A stretch of 64,000 nt of DNA. Source: Candidatus Calditenuis fumarioli. Lineage in GTDB: Archaea > Thermoproteota > Nitrososphaeria_A > Caldarchaeales > Calditenuaceae. Positions 20,050-28,613 of this stretch are shown here, in pieces (the first letter of the stretch is position 1; every line of letters begins with the position of its first letter). Below the pieces are notes generated by a model. That model did no database searches and was not told the origin of the DNA. It saw only the letters and a program-made list of their open reading frames with translations. The translations under genes were made by a program, and so were the position numbers. The DNA lies in NCBI GenBank assembly GCA_030059665.1, contig JANVYR010000002.1, positions 416,001-480,000 on the forward strand, written 5' to 3'.

Positions 20050-20943
20050 TCACCCTATGCCGAGGTAGGCGCCCCAGACGTACCGGTATATCCAGTCCCG
20101 GGCCACAGGGTGGAGGGGCTGCCTCAGGCCGTCCTCGAACTCCCGGATGAAGAGCTCCGCGATCCTGAACCTGTCCAGGCCCTGCGACTTGAGCTCCCTG
20201 ATCCTCTCGAACCACCTCCGGTACAGCTCCAGCTCCTCCTCCATCAGCTCCTGCGATGCGACGTACCAGCCGTAGTGCGTGATCAGGACCAGCCTCGGAT
20301 CGGCCTCGAAGACCCGCCTGATGCTCCTCATCCCGGCCTCGAAGTCGAACCCCGGAGGCACCGTGTCCGGCAGAGGCACCTTGAAGACCGTTCCCCTTGT
20401 CGCGAGGGCGTCACCGGCGAAAACGTACCTGTGCGGCGTCAGGAGGTAAGCCACGTGGTGTGGCGCATGCCCCGGTGTGTAAAGGGCCCTCAGGACGACG
20501 TCACCGAACTCCAGCTCCTCCTCGTCCGAGACCCTCACGATGCGGGAGCCGTCGACCGGTTCCATGCCACCCATTTTGCTGAAGACCCTCTCGCCGAAGA
20601 TCTCCTTGGTCGCCTCGAGCAGCCTGCTCGGGTCCTCCAGGTGCCTAGCGCCCCTCGGATGCACGACCACCACCGCATCCCGGAACTCCCTGAGGATCAA
20701 CGGCGTCGCGCCGCAGTGGTCCAGGTGGACGTGCGTCAGCAGCACCGCCTTCAGCTCGTCCCTTCCTATTCCGATGGCCCTGAGTCCCTCCATCACCCTC
20801 CTGAAGGCCACCGCGTAGCCCGTGTCTATCATGATGGATCCCCTGCTGGTCCTGACGACGAACGTCGCGTTGGTCCTGTCGTAGCCGAGGCCGCCGTTGT
20901 CGATGACGTAGACGTTCCTGCCTAGGTACGTGACCGGAACCAA
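20050..20943 (-). CDS. MBL-fold metallo-hydrolase
   Basis: 'THVHLDHCG', 'TPGHAPHH', 'AGD', 'THYG'. Confidence 0.92.
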   Translation of the reverse strand: MVPVTYLGRNVYVIDNGGLGYDRTNATFVVRTSRGSIMIDTGYAVAFRRVMEGLRAIGIGRDELKAVLLTHVHLDHCGATPLILREFRDAVVVVHPRGARHLEDPSRLLEATKEIFGERVFSKMGGMEPVDGSRIVRVSDEEELEFGDVVLRALYTPGHAPHHVAYLLTPHRYVFAGDALATRGTVFKVPLPDTVPPGFDFEAGMRSIRRVFEADPRLVLITHYGWYVASQELMEEELELYRRWFERIRELKSQGLDRFRIAELFIREFEDGLRQPLHPVARDWIYRYVWGAYLGIG

Positions 20944-21029
20944 GGTGCTGGACCCTGAAGGTCTGATGTCGGGATAAAATTAGATGTATTTTCCGGGTTC
21001 CGGGGAGTGGAGAGGCCGAGCGTTGGGGA

Positions 21030-21881
21030 TCAGCGCTCGATCGGGGCGCCCACAGCGTTGCCCCACTCGCTCCAGCTTCCGTCGTAGTTCCTGACCTTCG
21101 GGTACCCCAGCAGGTACTTCAGCACGAACCAGGTCACAGAGGAACGCTCTCCGATCCTGCAGTAGGTGATCACCTCCTTGTCCGGCGTGACGCCTGCCGA
21201 CTCGTAGAGCTTCCTGAGCTCCTCCACCGGCTTGAAGGTTCCGTCCTCGTTGAGGGCCTTGCCCCACGGTATGTTGATCGCTCCGGGTATGTGTCCTCCC
21301 CTCTGGGCGTGCTCCGTCGGGTACTCCGGCGGCGCGAGGATCTTACCGGTGTACTCGTCCGGCGACCTGACGTCCACCAGCACGACGTTCGGGCTCCCTA
21401 TCCTGCTCCTGACGTCGTTCATGAAGATCCTGAACTCGTAGTTCACCTTGGTGACCTTGTACTGCGCCGGCGGATAGCTCGGGACCTCCGTCACCAGCTC
21501 CCTCTCCTCGGCGATCCACTTCTTCCTCCCTCCGTCCATGAGGCTGACCTTCTCGTGGTTGTAGAGCTTCATCACCCAGAAGGCGAAGGCCGCGAACCAG
21601 TTGTTGTAGTCGCCGTAGAGCACGACGTGGGTGTCGTTCGAGATGCCGCTCCTCGACATCAGCGCCTCGAACCCCTCCTTCGAGATGATGTTCCGCTCCA
21701 GCTGGTCGTTGATGTCCTTCTTCCAGTCCCAGAGTATCGCTCCCCTTATGTGGCCCTGGAAGTAGGCCGTCTGCGGGTCGTAGTCGACCTCGACGATCCT
21801 GACGTTCGGGTTGTTCAGGTTCCTCGCCACCCAATCCGTCGAGACCAGCACGGGAACTGTCTGGGACATTTCCCTTGACAT
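21030..21881 (-). CDS. thiosulfate sulfurtransferase (tandem rhodanese, CysA/SseA-like)
   Basis: 'GHIRGA', 'GGHIPGA', active-site 'YCRIGERS', 'YDGSWSEWG'. Confidence 0.93.
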   Translation of the reverse strand: MSREMSQTVPVLVSTDWVARNLNNPNVRIVEVDYDPQTAYFQGHIRGAILWDWKKDINDQLERNIISKEGFEALMSRSGISNDTHVVLYGDYNNWFAAFAFWVMKLYNHEKVSLMDGGRKKWIAEERELVTEVPSYPPAQYKVTKVNYEFRIFMNDVRSRIGSPNVVLVDVRSPDEYTGKILAPPEYPTEHAQRGGHIPGAINIPWGKALNEDGTFKPVEELRKLYESAGVTPDKEVITYCRIGERSSVTWFVLKYLLGYPKVRNYDGSWSEWGNAVGAPIER

Positions 21882-22334
21882 ATTGCCAAATAATATTGCA
21901 ATATAACCATCACGTCAGCACACGGGACCGTGTGTGGTGGCTCAGGGTCCGTCTGGATTGATGCCTATTCTGAGCGGTTCAGGGCGTTATGGGGGACCTT
22001 ATAGCTAGGGAGTGTTCAAGCCTTTTCGCCGAGGAGAACGGTCTGGCTGAACGGCGATTTCGATGTGCTGACGTCGCCAGTTGAAGCGGTGACAGGGAAT
22101 GAACGGGGCCTCTTGTCGAAAGATTTCGAGTTCGCCTTTTCCCTGCGCCCAGTCATGGTTTCGATGGAACGGACTGCATGACGGGTTGCAAATGAGTAAC
22201 TCGGCTGAGGAATGCGTCGTCACGCGGGTGGCCTTGTAATCGTGGTCATTAGTACTGTTCACCAACAAACCGTCCTTCATCAGCGCTGCAATCACATTTA
22301 TGGTGACCGGGGCCTCAAGAATGGGAAAGGGGGG

Positions 22335-24161
22335 TTGAAAGCGGAACGCGTCACCCGCTGTGCTTTAGTTGCAGCTGGCTTGATATCCGTAGCGCTCGGC
22401 ATCAGCATCCTCTCGTCTTCGAAGGCGACCGAGCCAGAGTTCGTCAATTGGTCTTACCCGAACGCCGACAAGTTCGGGGCCAACTTCAGCCCCCAGCGCT
22501 CGATAGGTCGTGAAAACGTGGCTCACCTCCAGAAGGTTTGGAGCTTCACTTTGAGGCGCGAACCGGGTGACCTCGGGTACGGAGCAATGGCTCCTCCGCT
22601 CGTCGTAAACGGAACCGTTTACGTGGCAACGCACGCTCCGTCGATACTGGCACTGGACGCGGCTTCCGGAACGCTGTTGTGGGAGTACAGGCCGGTATTG
22701 GACTGGCCGCCTTCCAAAATCGAACTCCACATCCACGGCATGAGCTATTACAACGGAACCTTATTGTATCCTGCTCCGGACTGCACGATCAGAATAATTG
22801 ACGCGCATACTGGAGTGGAGAGGGGAAGGGTCGGGGGTCTCTGTGAGGGCGTGAGGGGCAACAAGGGCTCGTATTCCTCGCGCGCCCCACCTCCCAGCGT
22901 CGACGGCGTCCGAGGCGTGATGATTTGGGGACCTCTGGTCTCGGGAGGTACCGCAGCGGGCAGGGGCTTCGTCGCCGGCATATCCCTCACCAACAAGACC
23001 GTTCTGTGGAGGTGGTTCGTGATACCCCCCGCTGGCGGCGATCCCCTCTGGGATTTCAAGTACGAAGTCGAGAGGGGAGGGAGGGTAGTCGTTGGTAGAG
23101 CTAGGGGAAACGTTGAGCCCTTCGTGGGAGACTGGGGAGACCTCGGGCTTATCGGTAACTCGACACGCGCAGGAGGAGGAATCTCTTTCGGTTTCATGCC
23201 GATAGACGAGGAGAGGGGAATCGTCTATCTCAGCACGGCGAACCCTAAGCCGGACTTCAACGCCACGTACAGGCCTGGACCCAACCTATTCTCCTCATCG
23301 ATCATAGCGCTGAACGTGTCCACCGGAGATATGGTCTGGTACTACCAAGCTGTGTCTCACGACCTCTATGATTTCGATTGCGCGTGGAACACGGTACTCG
23401 CCAAGGTTCAGCGCGGGATGTTGGTTTTGAAGGGTTGCAAAAACGGCGTTCTGTACGCTCTCAATGCAACCGAGGGCACCCTGCTCTGGAAGTTCCAGCC
23501 CCCTGACATGGTCGTCTCGGTTGAGCTGGAGCGGGTGAACCTCACCAAGCGTTGGCACAACGAACCACAGATGGGCTCCTATCTCCAATGTCCCGGTGTT
23601 TTCGGCGGGATAGAATCCGATATCGCGCTGGCCTACGACAAGGTCTACGTAGCCGTGAACAACCTCTGCGTCCTGGTACATCCGCTACAAGTTGAGGGGT
23701 TCGGGAATTTCGTAGCCGGAGGCGTATACAATACGGCACCTCTCCCCGTAAACTCAACTATCTATGCGATCGACGTTAACACAGGTAAGGTCGTTTGGAG
23801 TCACCGAATGGACGTCCCTTATAGGGGATGGTTGACCGTCACTAATGGGATGTTGTTGGTGTCAAGGCTTGACGGGAAGATCGCATTCTTGGACGCGGAG
23901 AATGGGAACGTCCTCCACGTCATCAACGTAGACGGTGGTAGCATGAGAACAGGGCCGGTTATAGGTAGCGATAGGAACGGTAGGGTTTTGATGCTGCAAT
24001 TAGTAGAGCTCAGGGGCGGCGAGGTCGTGGAGCTGATTGCCTTCTCACTTAACGAAACGAACGTCCATTCCCTGATAGGCACCGCATTCTCAATTATTGG
24101 GACCATCATTGCCGTCGTGCCCTTGATAAGGTGGTTCTATAGAAGGAGAACAGTAAAATGA
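22335..24161 (+). CDS. PQQ-dehydrogenase-like beta-propeller protein #1, membrane anchored
   Basis: N-terminal TM; 'YRPGPNLFSSSIIALNVSTGDMVWYYQAVSHDLYDFDC'; repeated A.D..TG...W propeller motifs; C-terminal TM plus RRR. Confidence 0.85.
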   Translation: MKAERVTRCALVAAGLISVALGISILSSSKATEPEFVNWSYPNADKFGANFSPQRSIGRENVAHLQKVWSFTLRREPGDLGYGAMAPPLVVNGTVYVATHAPSILALDAASGTLLWEYRPVLDWPPSKIELHIHGMSYYNGTLLYPAPDCTIRIIDAHTGVERGRVGGLCEGVRGNKGSYSSRAPPPSVDGVRGVMIWGPLVSGGTAAGRGFVAGISLTNKTVLWRWFVIPPAGGDPLWDFKYEVERGGRVVVGRARGNVEPFVGDWGDLGLIGNSTRAGGGISFGFMPIDEERGIVYLSTANPKPDFNATYRPGPNLFSSSIIALNVSTGDMVWYYQAVSHDLYDFDCAWNTVLAKVQRGMLVLKGCKNGVLYALNATEGTLLWKFQPPDMVVSVELERVNLTKRWHNEPQMGSYLQCPGVFGGIESDIALAYDKVYVAVNNLCVLVHPLQVEGFGNFVAGGVYNTAPLPVNSTIYAIDVNTGKVVWSHRMDVPYRGWLTVTNGMLLVSRLDGKIAFLDAENGNVLHVINVDGGSMRTGPVIGSDRNGRVLMLQLVELRGGEVVELIAFSLNETNVHSLIGTAFSIIGTIIAVVPLIRWFYRRRTVK

Positions 24162-24834
24162 CTGATATAGCAACTATTAGCAAAGCGAACGCGCCACTGA
24201 AGTTGTACGCAAGTTCCTTCAACGCATCACGCTCGCTCTCTGATTTTGCTCCTCCTCTCAGGGACGACCATGACCACTGGGGGAACGTTGTGGATCCAGG
24301 GCTCTCCGAATTGAAGCGGGAATAGTGCCATTGTTCCGAGGCTATTTTCCACCCGGTATCCGTCAACACGAGCTCGCATCTCACGTTGGCTTCCCCCTCA
24401 AACCGACCTATGACGAAATTGCGCCCTTTGACGGAGGTCTTGAAGGAGACTGTTGCAGACTTCGTGCCAAGTCTCTCCGTAGAGAGCTCTGTAACAGATA
24501 TCTCAACGTCCTCGGACCCCGTCAGCACGATGCTGAGAAACGTCCTTATGGCACCCAACCCACGGTACGTCCCAGATAGACCTCCGCTCTCACCACTCCA
24601 TGTTATTGTTCCATCAGGCAGGTAGTCGTTCAGCAATGATGCCACATTCCTATCGCGATACTTCATCATGTGCTCCATCACGAACTCTGCGGGATCTGCC
24701 GTTACTGAAGCGCTAGACTCCCTGTCCTCAGTCTTGCTCGCCGGTACCAATAGCATCGATGGAAGCAAAACGATCAGGATTGCCGAGAGGGCTGCAACGA
24801 CGACGGTCACCAACAGTATTGCACGCGCTTGCAA
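24106..24834 (-). CDS. NTF2/SnoaL-like domain protein with N- and C-terminal TM helices
   Basis: 'YRDRNVASLLNDY...GTYRGLGAIRTFL...WKIASEQW' is SnoaL-like; paralogue of 44394-45254. Confidence 0.65.
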   Translation of the reverse strand: MQARAILLVTVVVAALSAILIVLLPSMLLVPASKTEDRESSASVTADPAEFVMEHMMKYRDRNVASLLNDYLPDGTITWSGESGGLSGTYRGLGAIRTFLSIVLTGSEDVEISVTELSTERLGTKSATVSFKTSVKGRNFVIGRFEGEANVRCELVLTDTGWKIASEQWHYSRFNSESPGSTTFPQWSWSSLRGGAKSESERDALKELAYNFSGAFALLIVAISVILLFSFYRTTLSRARRQ

Positions 24835-24850
24835 ACCGTGTTCCAGACTT

Positions 24851-25864
24851 TCACTTGAGGCCCAGCTCCTTGAACACTGAGACGTACTCCTCCAATCTCT
24901 CCACTTCAGCGGTAGTTGGGAAGTATTCGAGTCCCATCTCTAAGGGCTTAGTCACCCAGTATTTAGTGACCGTTCCGGGGCGCGACGGGACCATTCCCTC
25001 CAATTTCTCACCCATCTCGTCCTGCCACTCCTTTGAGAGGGCGAAGTCGAAGAAGAGCTCGGCTGCGTTCGGATGCTTCCCACCCCTGATCAGACACATC
25101 GTCCTCATGCAAGCGAGGTCCGGCAGGTCCATGAGGTGTAAGGTGTCTACGGGTCCTCCCTCAGCAGCATCGGCCATGCTTGCCTTCCTCAATGTGGCCG
25201 GGAACCCAATAAGCTGCTCACCTCTAGCAATGGAGTGGCTCATGTGGAGTAGACACTCGTAGTAAACCGGATCGAGTCTAGTGGCTATTCCTTGCAGGAA
25301 TTCACGCCACTTGCTCTCCTTCATGCGCCTCTTCAATGCGACCAGGTAGAACGCTCCCATCATTCCCTCGCTGAAGGTCGTCACGTACTGCGTCGCGACC
25401 CTTCCTTTCCACGGCCCGTTCAGGAATTCGTCAGATGTGGCCGGAAGGTCGTCCGCGCTCAGCTTCCCGGAGTTGTAAATCATTCCTATGGGTTCGATGG
25501 CCAGCGCAGCCCATCCGCCGTCGACGTTGAAGAACGTTCGCGGATAGTATCTGAACTGATCGGATTCGTAAGGACGCGTGAGCTCTTCCCTCACGAGCTG
25601 GAGGACGGCGTAGTGTGGCACTATAACCACGTCGGCCGTCGGCAACCCCGCGTTGACCTCGGCCCTGACCCTCTGTAGGATCGGGATGGGGTGGCTGCTT
25701 AAGAAATGAACGTGGATGTGAAGATCCCTGTAGCGCCTCCTGAACGCCGTGACCAAATTCAACAGAACGCCCCTAAGGGAGGCGTAAATTACTAGGTGAC
25801 CCTCCCTTTCTGCTTCTCGCTCCCTCACCATATTCCTCGCTATGAACTGCCGGTTATCCGCCAT
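24851..25864 (-). CDS. AfuA/FutA-type ABC substrate-binding-like protein lacking a signal peptide
   Basis: 'EGHLVIYAS', 'PTADVV', 'MIYNSGKL', 'HPNAAELFFDFALSKEWQ'; N-terminus has no hydrophobic stretch. Confidence 0.75.
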   Translation of the reverse strand: MADNRQFIARNMVREREAEREGHLVIYASLRGVLLNLVTAFRRRYRDLHIHVHFLSSHPIPILQRVRAEVNAGLPTADVVIVPHYAVLQLVREELTRPYESDQFRYYPRTFFNVDGGWAALAIEPIGMIYNSGKLSADDLPATSDEFLNGPWKGRVATQYVTTFSEGMMGAFYLVALKRRMKESKWREFLQGIATRLDPVYYECLLHMSHSIARGEQLIGFPATLRKASMADAAEGGPVDTLHLMDLPDLACMRTMCLIRGGKHPNAAELFFDFALSKEWQDEMGEKLEGMVPSRPGTVTKYWVTKPLEMGLEYFPTTAEVERLEEYVSVFKELGLK

Positions 25865-25999
25865 TTAAGTATTGTTTATCAACTCAAAAGCATGGGAACT
25901 AAGAACGCCGTTCAAGGACGCACCGATGTTTCGCAGGCGAAACCGGGGGGCCAGCCATCAGCTCTCTTTTTATCGTCTTGCGAGGGACCCTGAACTGAT

Positions 26000-26491
26000 A
26001 TGGCGAAGGAGTCCATCGATTTCAGGGACGCATCGAACCTTTTCCTCAGGGTGGCCCTCTGGAATGTCGTTGCTGCGGTTGCGTTCACGGTCCCAGTGCT
26101 CATACCCAGATTAGCCTTCCCCATACTCCTCACGCAGTGGGGTTCAATTTACATGGTCCTCGGATATCTCGCCTTCTTGCTCTTCGGGGTCATAGGACCG
26201 GTCTGCTGGTCGGTAGTATACTACATGAATGGTCTTCTGAACTACAAGACGGAATACGATAAGGCGCTCACGCTTTTCCATGCCATAACGAATGTTATCT
26301 CTGCGTATTGTGTGTCCACCCTTCTTTTCATTGGTGGTTACATCGGAGCTAGAGCCGTCTATGAGGGGGAGTCGCTGGTCAACGTTGGCGTAGCGATGGA
26401 AGTCGTCGAAATCCCAGCCGGTTTCTTCATAGGATTAGCAATTATAAGTACCATAGTCGGTTTGCTGAACCTCAAATTCGTAAGAACGTGA
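26000..26491 (+). CDS. 4-TM membrane protein (paralogue of 45266 and 45775 genes)
   Basis: 'WGSIYMVLGYLAFLLFGVIGPVCWSVVYY' motif is shared with the two other copies. Confidence 0.75.
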   Translation: MAKESIDFRDASNLFLRVALWNVVAAVAFTVPVLIPRLAFPILLTQWGSIYMVLGYLAFLLFGVIGPVCWSVVYYMNGLLNYKTEYDKALTLFHAITNVISAYCVSTLLFIGGYIGARAVYEGESLVNVGVAMEVVEIPAGFFIGLAIISTIVGLLNLKFVRT

Positions 26492-26871
26492 TTGTAGGAT
26501 AGCAAACAGCATTCGAGTATAACCATACGCTAAGTTGATGTCGAGAATACATCTACTCGGTCATCACCTCTGAGGGATGAGTTAGCGTCCCGCCGGTCTA
26601 TTTCTTTTCGTGTTCAACTTATGTTGTCTCTTCACAAATGTCGGTTCTCTCATCCCTCTGGCTACAATCCTCATGCTTGGAGAGGCTGACGGATTAGGTA
26701 GCATAGCACCACCATACTCGGGAACAGAGTTTGGGACGGGCCGTCACGCTGCGTTTAAACCCGACTGAATGGGGGAGCCGCGCAGGGTGCGTCACGTCGA
26801 TAAAAATTGGTGACCTTTAAGATGTGACGATTAAAATATTTATTAAGTTCCGACATGATATCCGTCGACGA

Positions 26872-27786
26872 ATGCTGCGGGCCTCAGGCGTCACGAAGAA
26901 GTACGGTCGGCTGGTGGCCCTAAGGGACGTGTCCTTTGAGGTGGGCCGGGGGGAAGCGTTAGGCATACTAGGACCGAACGGCGCCGGTAAGACCACGTTA
27001 ATCAAATGCGTCTTAGGGTTGCTGAACTTCGATGGCGACATAACGGTTGACGGAATCGACGTCAAGAGGTATGGTGCAGATGCCAGGAGGAGGATGGGTT
27101 ACGTGCCCCAGAAGCTAGCGCTTCACGACAAACTATCGATCCTCGATGAGGTCAAACTGTTCGCCAAACTGAAAGGGGTTCACGATGAAGACAGATTGAG
27201 GGATCTGTTGGAGAGCAACGGGCTCTGGGAGAGGAGAAAGGATCCGGTGGGAAGCCTCTCTCAGGGCATGCGTCAGCGTCTCATACTGGCCCTTACGTTG
27301 CTGGCCGATCCAGATGTCCTGCTGCTCGACGAACCTCTCAGCAACGTAGACGTTGAGGGTCAGATGGAGATACTCTCACAGTTGGAGGAGAGGAAAAGGG
27401 AGGGCCGGACGGTCGTCATAACTTCCCACATAGTCGGTATAGGGAAGGTGATCGACAAGGCCCTCGTGATCAATTCGGGTAGGGTCATCTCGTACGGGAC
27501 CACAGAAGAAGTCATGCGACTTCTCAAACTGAGGAGCAAAATCTACCTCAAGCTCAACCAGCAGAACGAGAAGTACAGGGCCGTCCTCAATGAGTTGAGA
27601 ACCCTCAATTACGTATATCAGGTGTCAGTAAGCGGTGATTGGACTATAATCGAGTGCGACGCTGAGCGCAAACCCAATGTCATATCCCAGGTGTTGAGCG
27701 AGGGTATACGTGTCGAGGACGTGATGACCGAGGAGGTGAGCCTTGACAAGTATTACTACAAGTTAATCTCAGGTGACGCAGCATGA
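26872..27786 (+). CDS. ABC transporter ATP-binding protein (NosF/CcmA-like)
   Basis: 'GPNGAGKTT', 'LSQGMRQR', 'LLLDEP', H-loop 'TSH'; start set at ATG 26872. Confidence 0.9.
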   Translation: MLRASGVTKKYGRLVALRDVSFEVGRGEALGILGPNGAGKTTLIKCVLGLLNFDGDITVDGIDVKRYGADARRRMGYVPQKLALHDKLSILDEVKLFAKLKGVHDEDRLRDLLESNGLWERRKDPVGSLSQGMRQRLILALTLLADPDVLLLDEPLSNVDVEGQMEILSQLEERKREGRTVVITSHIVGIGKVIDKALVINSGRVISYGTTEEVMRLLKLRSKIYLKLNQQNEKYRAVLNELRTLNYVYQVSVSGDWTIIECDAERKPNVISQVLSEGIRVEDVMTEEVSLDKYYYKLISGDAA

Positions 27787-28613
27787 AGTTATCACCGTTT
27801 TTTGCGCTTGTAATCCATAACTTCTTCGAGGGTATCAGAGCGAAGTGGGTGGTAATATACACTGCAGTCTTCTTCATGCTCTCAGTCAATGTTCCGATGC
27901 TCGTCCTGATATCCGCGCGATACCTCCCTCCGGACTATTTAGAGGCATATCTAGCCGCGCTCATGGCGCTCTCCTTCCCGTTCCTTCCACTGCTCTCTTT
28001 GCCCCTGAGTTCAACGTCGATCGTAGACGAGAAAGAAAGCGGCCTGCTAGAATTCACACTTTCGAATCCTATCTCGCGGTTGACATACATAACCGGAAAG
28101 CTCGCAGGTCATTTCCTTTCAACTTCTCTGGTAGTAGTCGCCGGCTTCCTCATCGCAGCACTTTTAGCCTACAACGTCAGAATCAGTCAGCTATCCGCCG
28201 TCTTACCGGTGATCGGTGCTGCGCTGCTCCTAAACGCCATCATGCTTGCCCTCGGGACGCTAATTTCGATCCTGTCGAGGCGGAAAGTTACCGCTCTGAT
28301 GGTCGCTATCTTCGCGTGGTTCCTAATGACGGTCTTAAGCGACATAGGTTCTCTCAGCATACTGGTCAGCGTTGCAGGTTCAGCGCCCTACGTACTCTTC
28401 CTGGTGGCGATCAATCCCATAGAGGCCTGTAGACTTCTGGGCGTTTACGGGATAAGGAACGTCGGCTTCACGGAACTGGGAAGCGTTGGACTGATTTTGA
28501 GACACCTTGTGGGCGAGAGCGCATGGATATTCCTTCTGAGCGTCCAAGTGATCTGGCTCGCTGTGTTGATCTCGCTCTGCCTGTCGATCTTCATCAGGTC
28601 CGAGATCGCCTGA
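27783..28613 (+). CDS. ABC-2 permease (NosY-like)
   Basis: 'SIVDEKESGLLEFTLSNPISR...GKL' and 'INPIEACR' fit the NosY/ABC-2 pattern; ATGA overlap with the ATPase gene. Confidence 0.8.
   Translation: MKLSPFFALVIHNFFEGIRAKWVVIYTAVFFMLSVNVPMLVLISARYLPPDYLEAYLAALMALSFPFLPLLSLPLSSTSIVDEKESGLLEFTLSNPISRLTYITGKLAGHFLSTSLVVVAGFLIAALLAYNVRISQLSAVLPVIGAALLLNAIMLALGTLISILSRRKVTALMVAIFAWFLMTVLSDIGSLSILVSVAGSAPYVLFLVAINPIEACRLLGVYGIRNVGFTELGSVGLILRHLVGESAWIFLLSVQVIWLAVLISLCLSIFIRSEIA

Noticed and set aside
21900-22330. Search for a tRNA-Glu 3'-end duplication marking the left island boundary
   Set aside because: No match to the tRNA-Glu T-arm/acceptor sequence was seen here.
26491-26870. Small ORFs or a pqqA precursor in intergenic gaps (also 21900-22330, 35834-36066, 54843-55168)
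   Set aside because: In the frames I read, no short ORF had a convincing E-x-x-x-Y core; the scan was by eye and not exhaustive.
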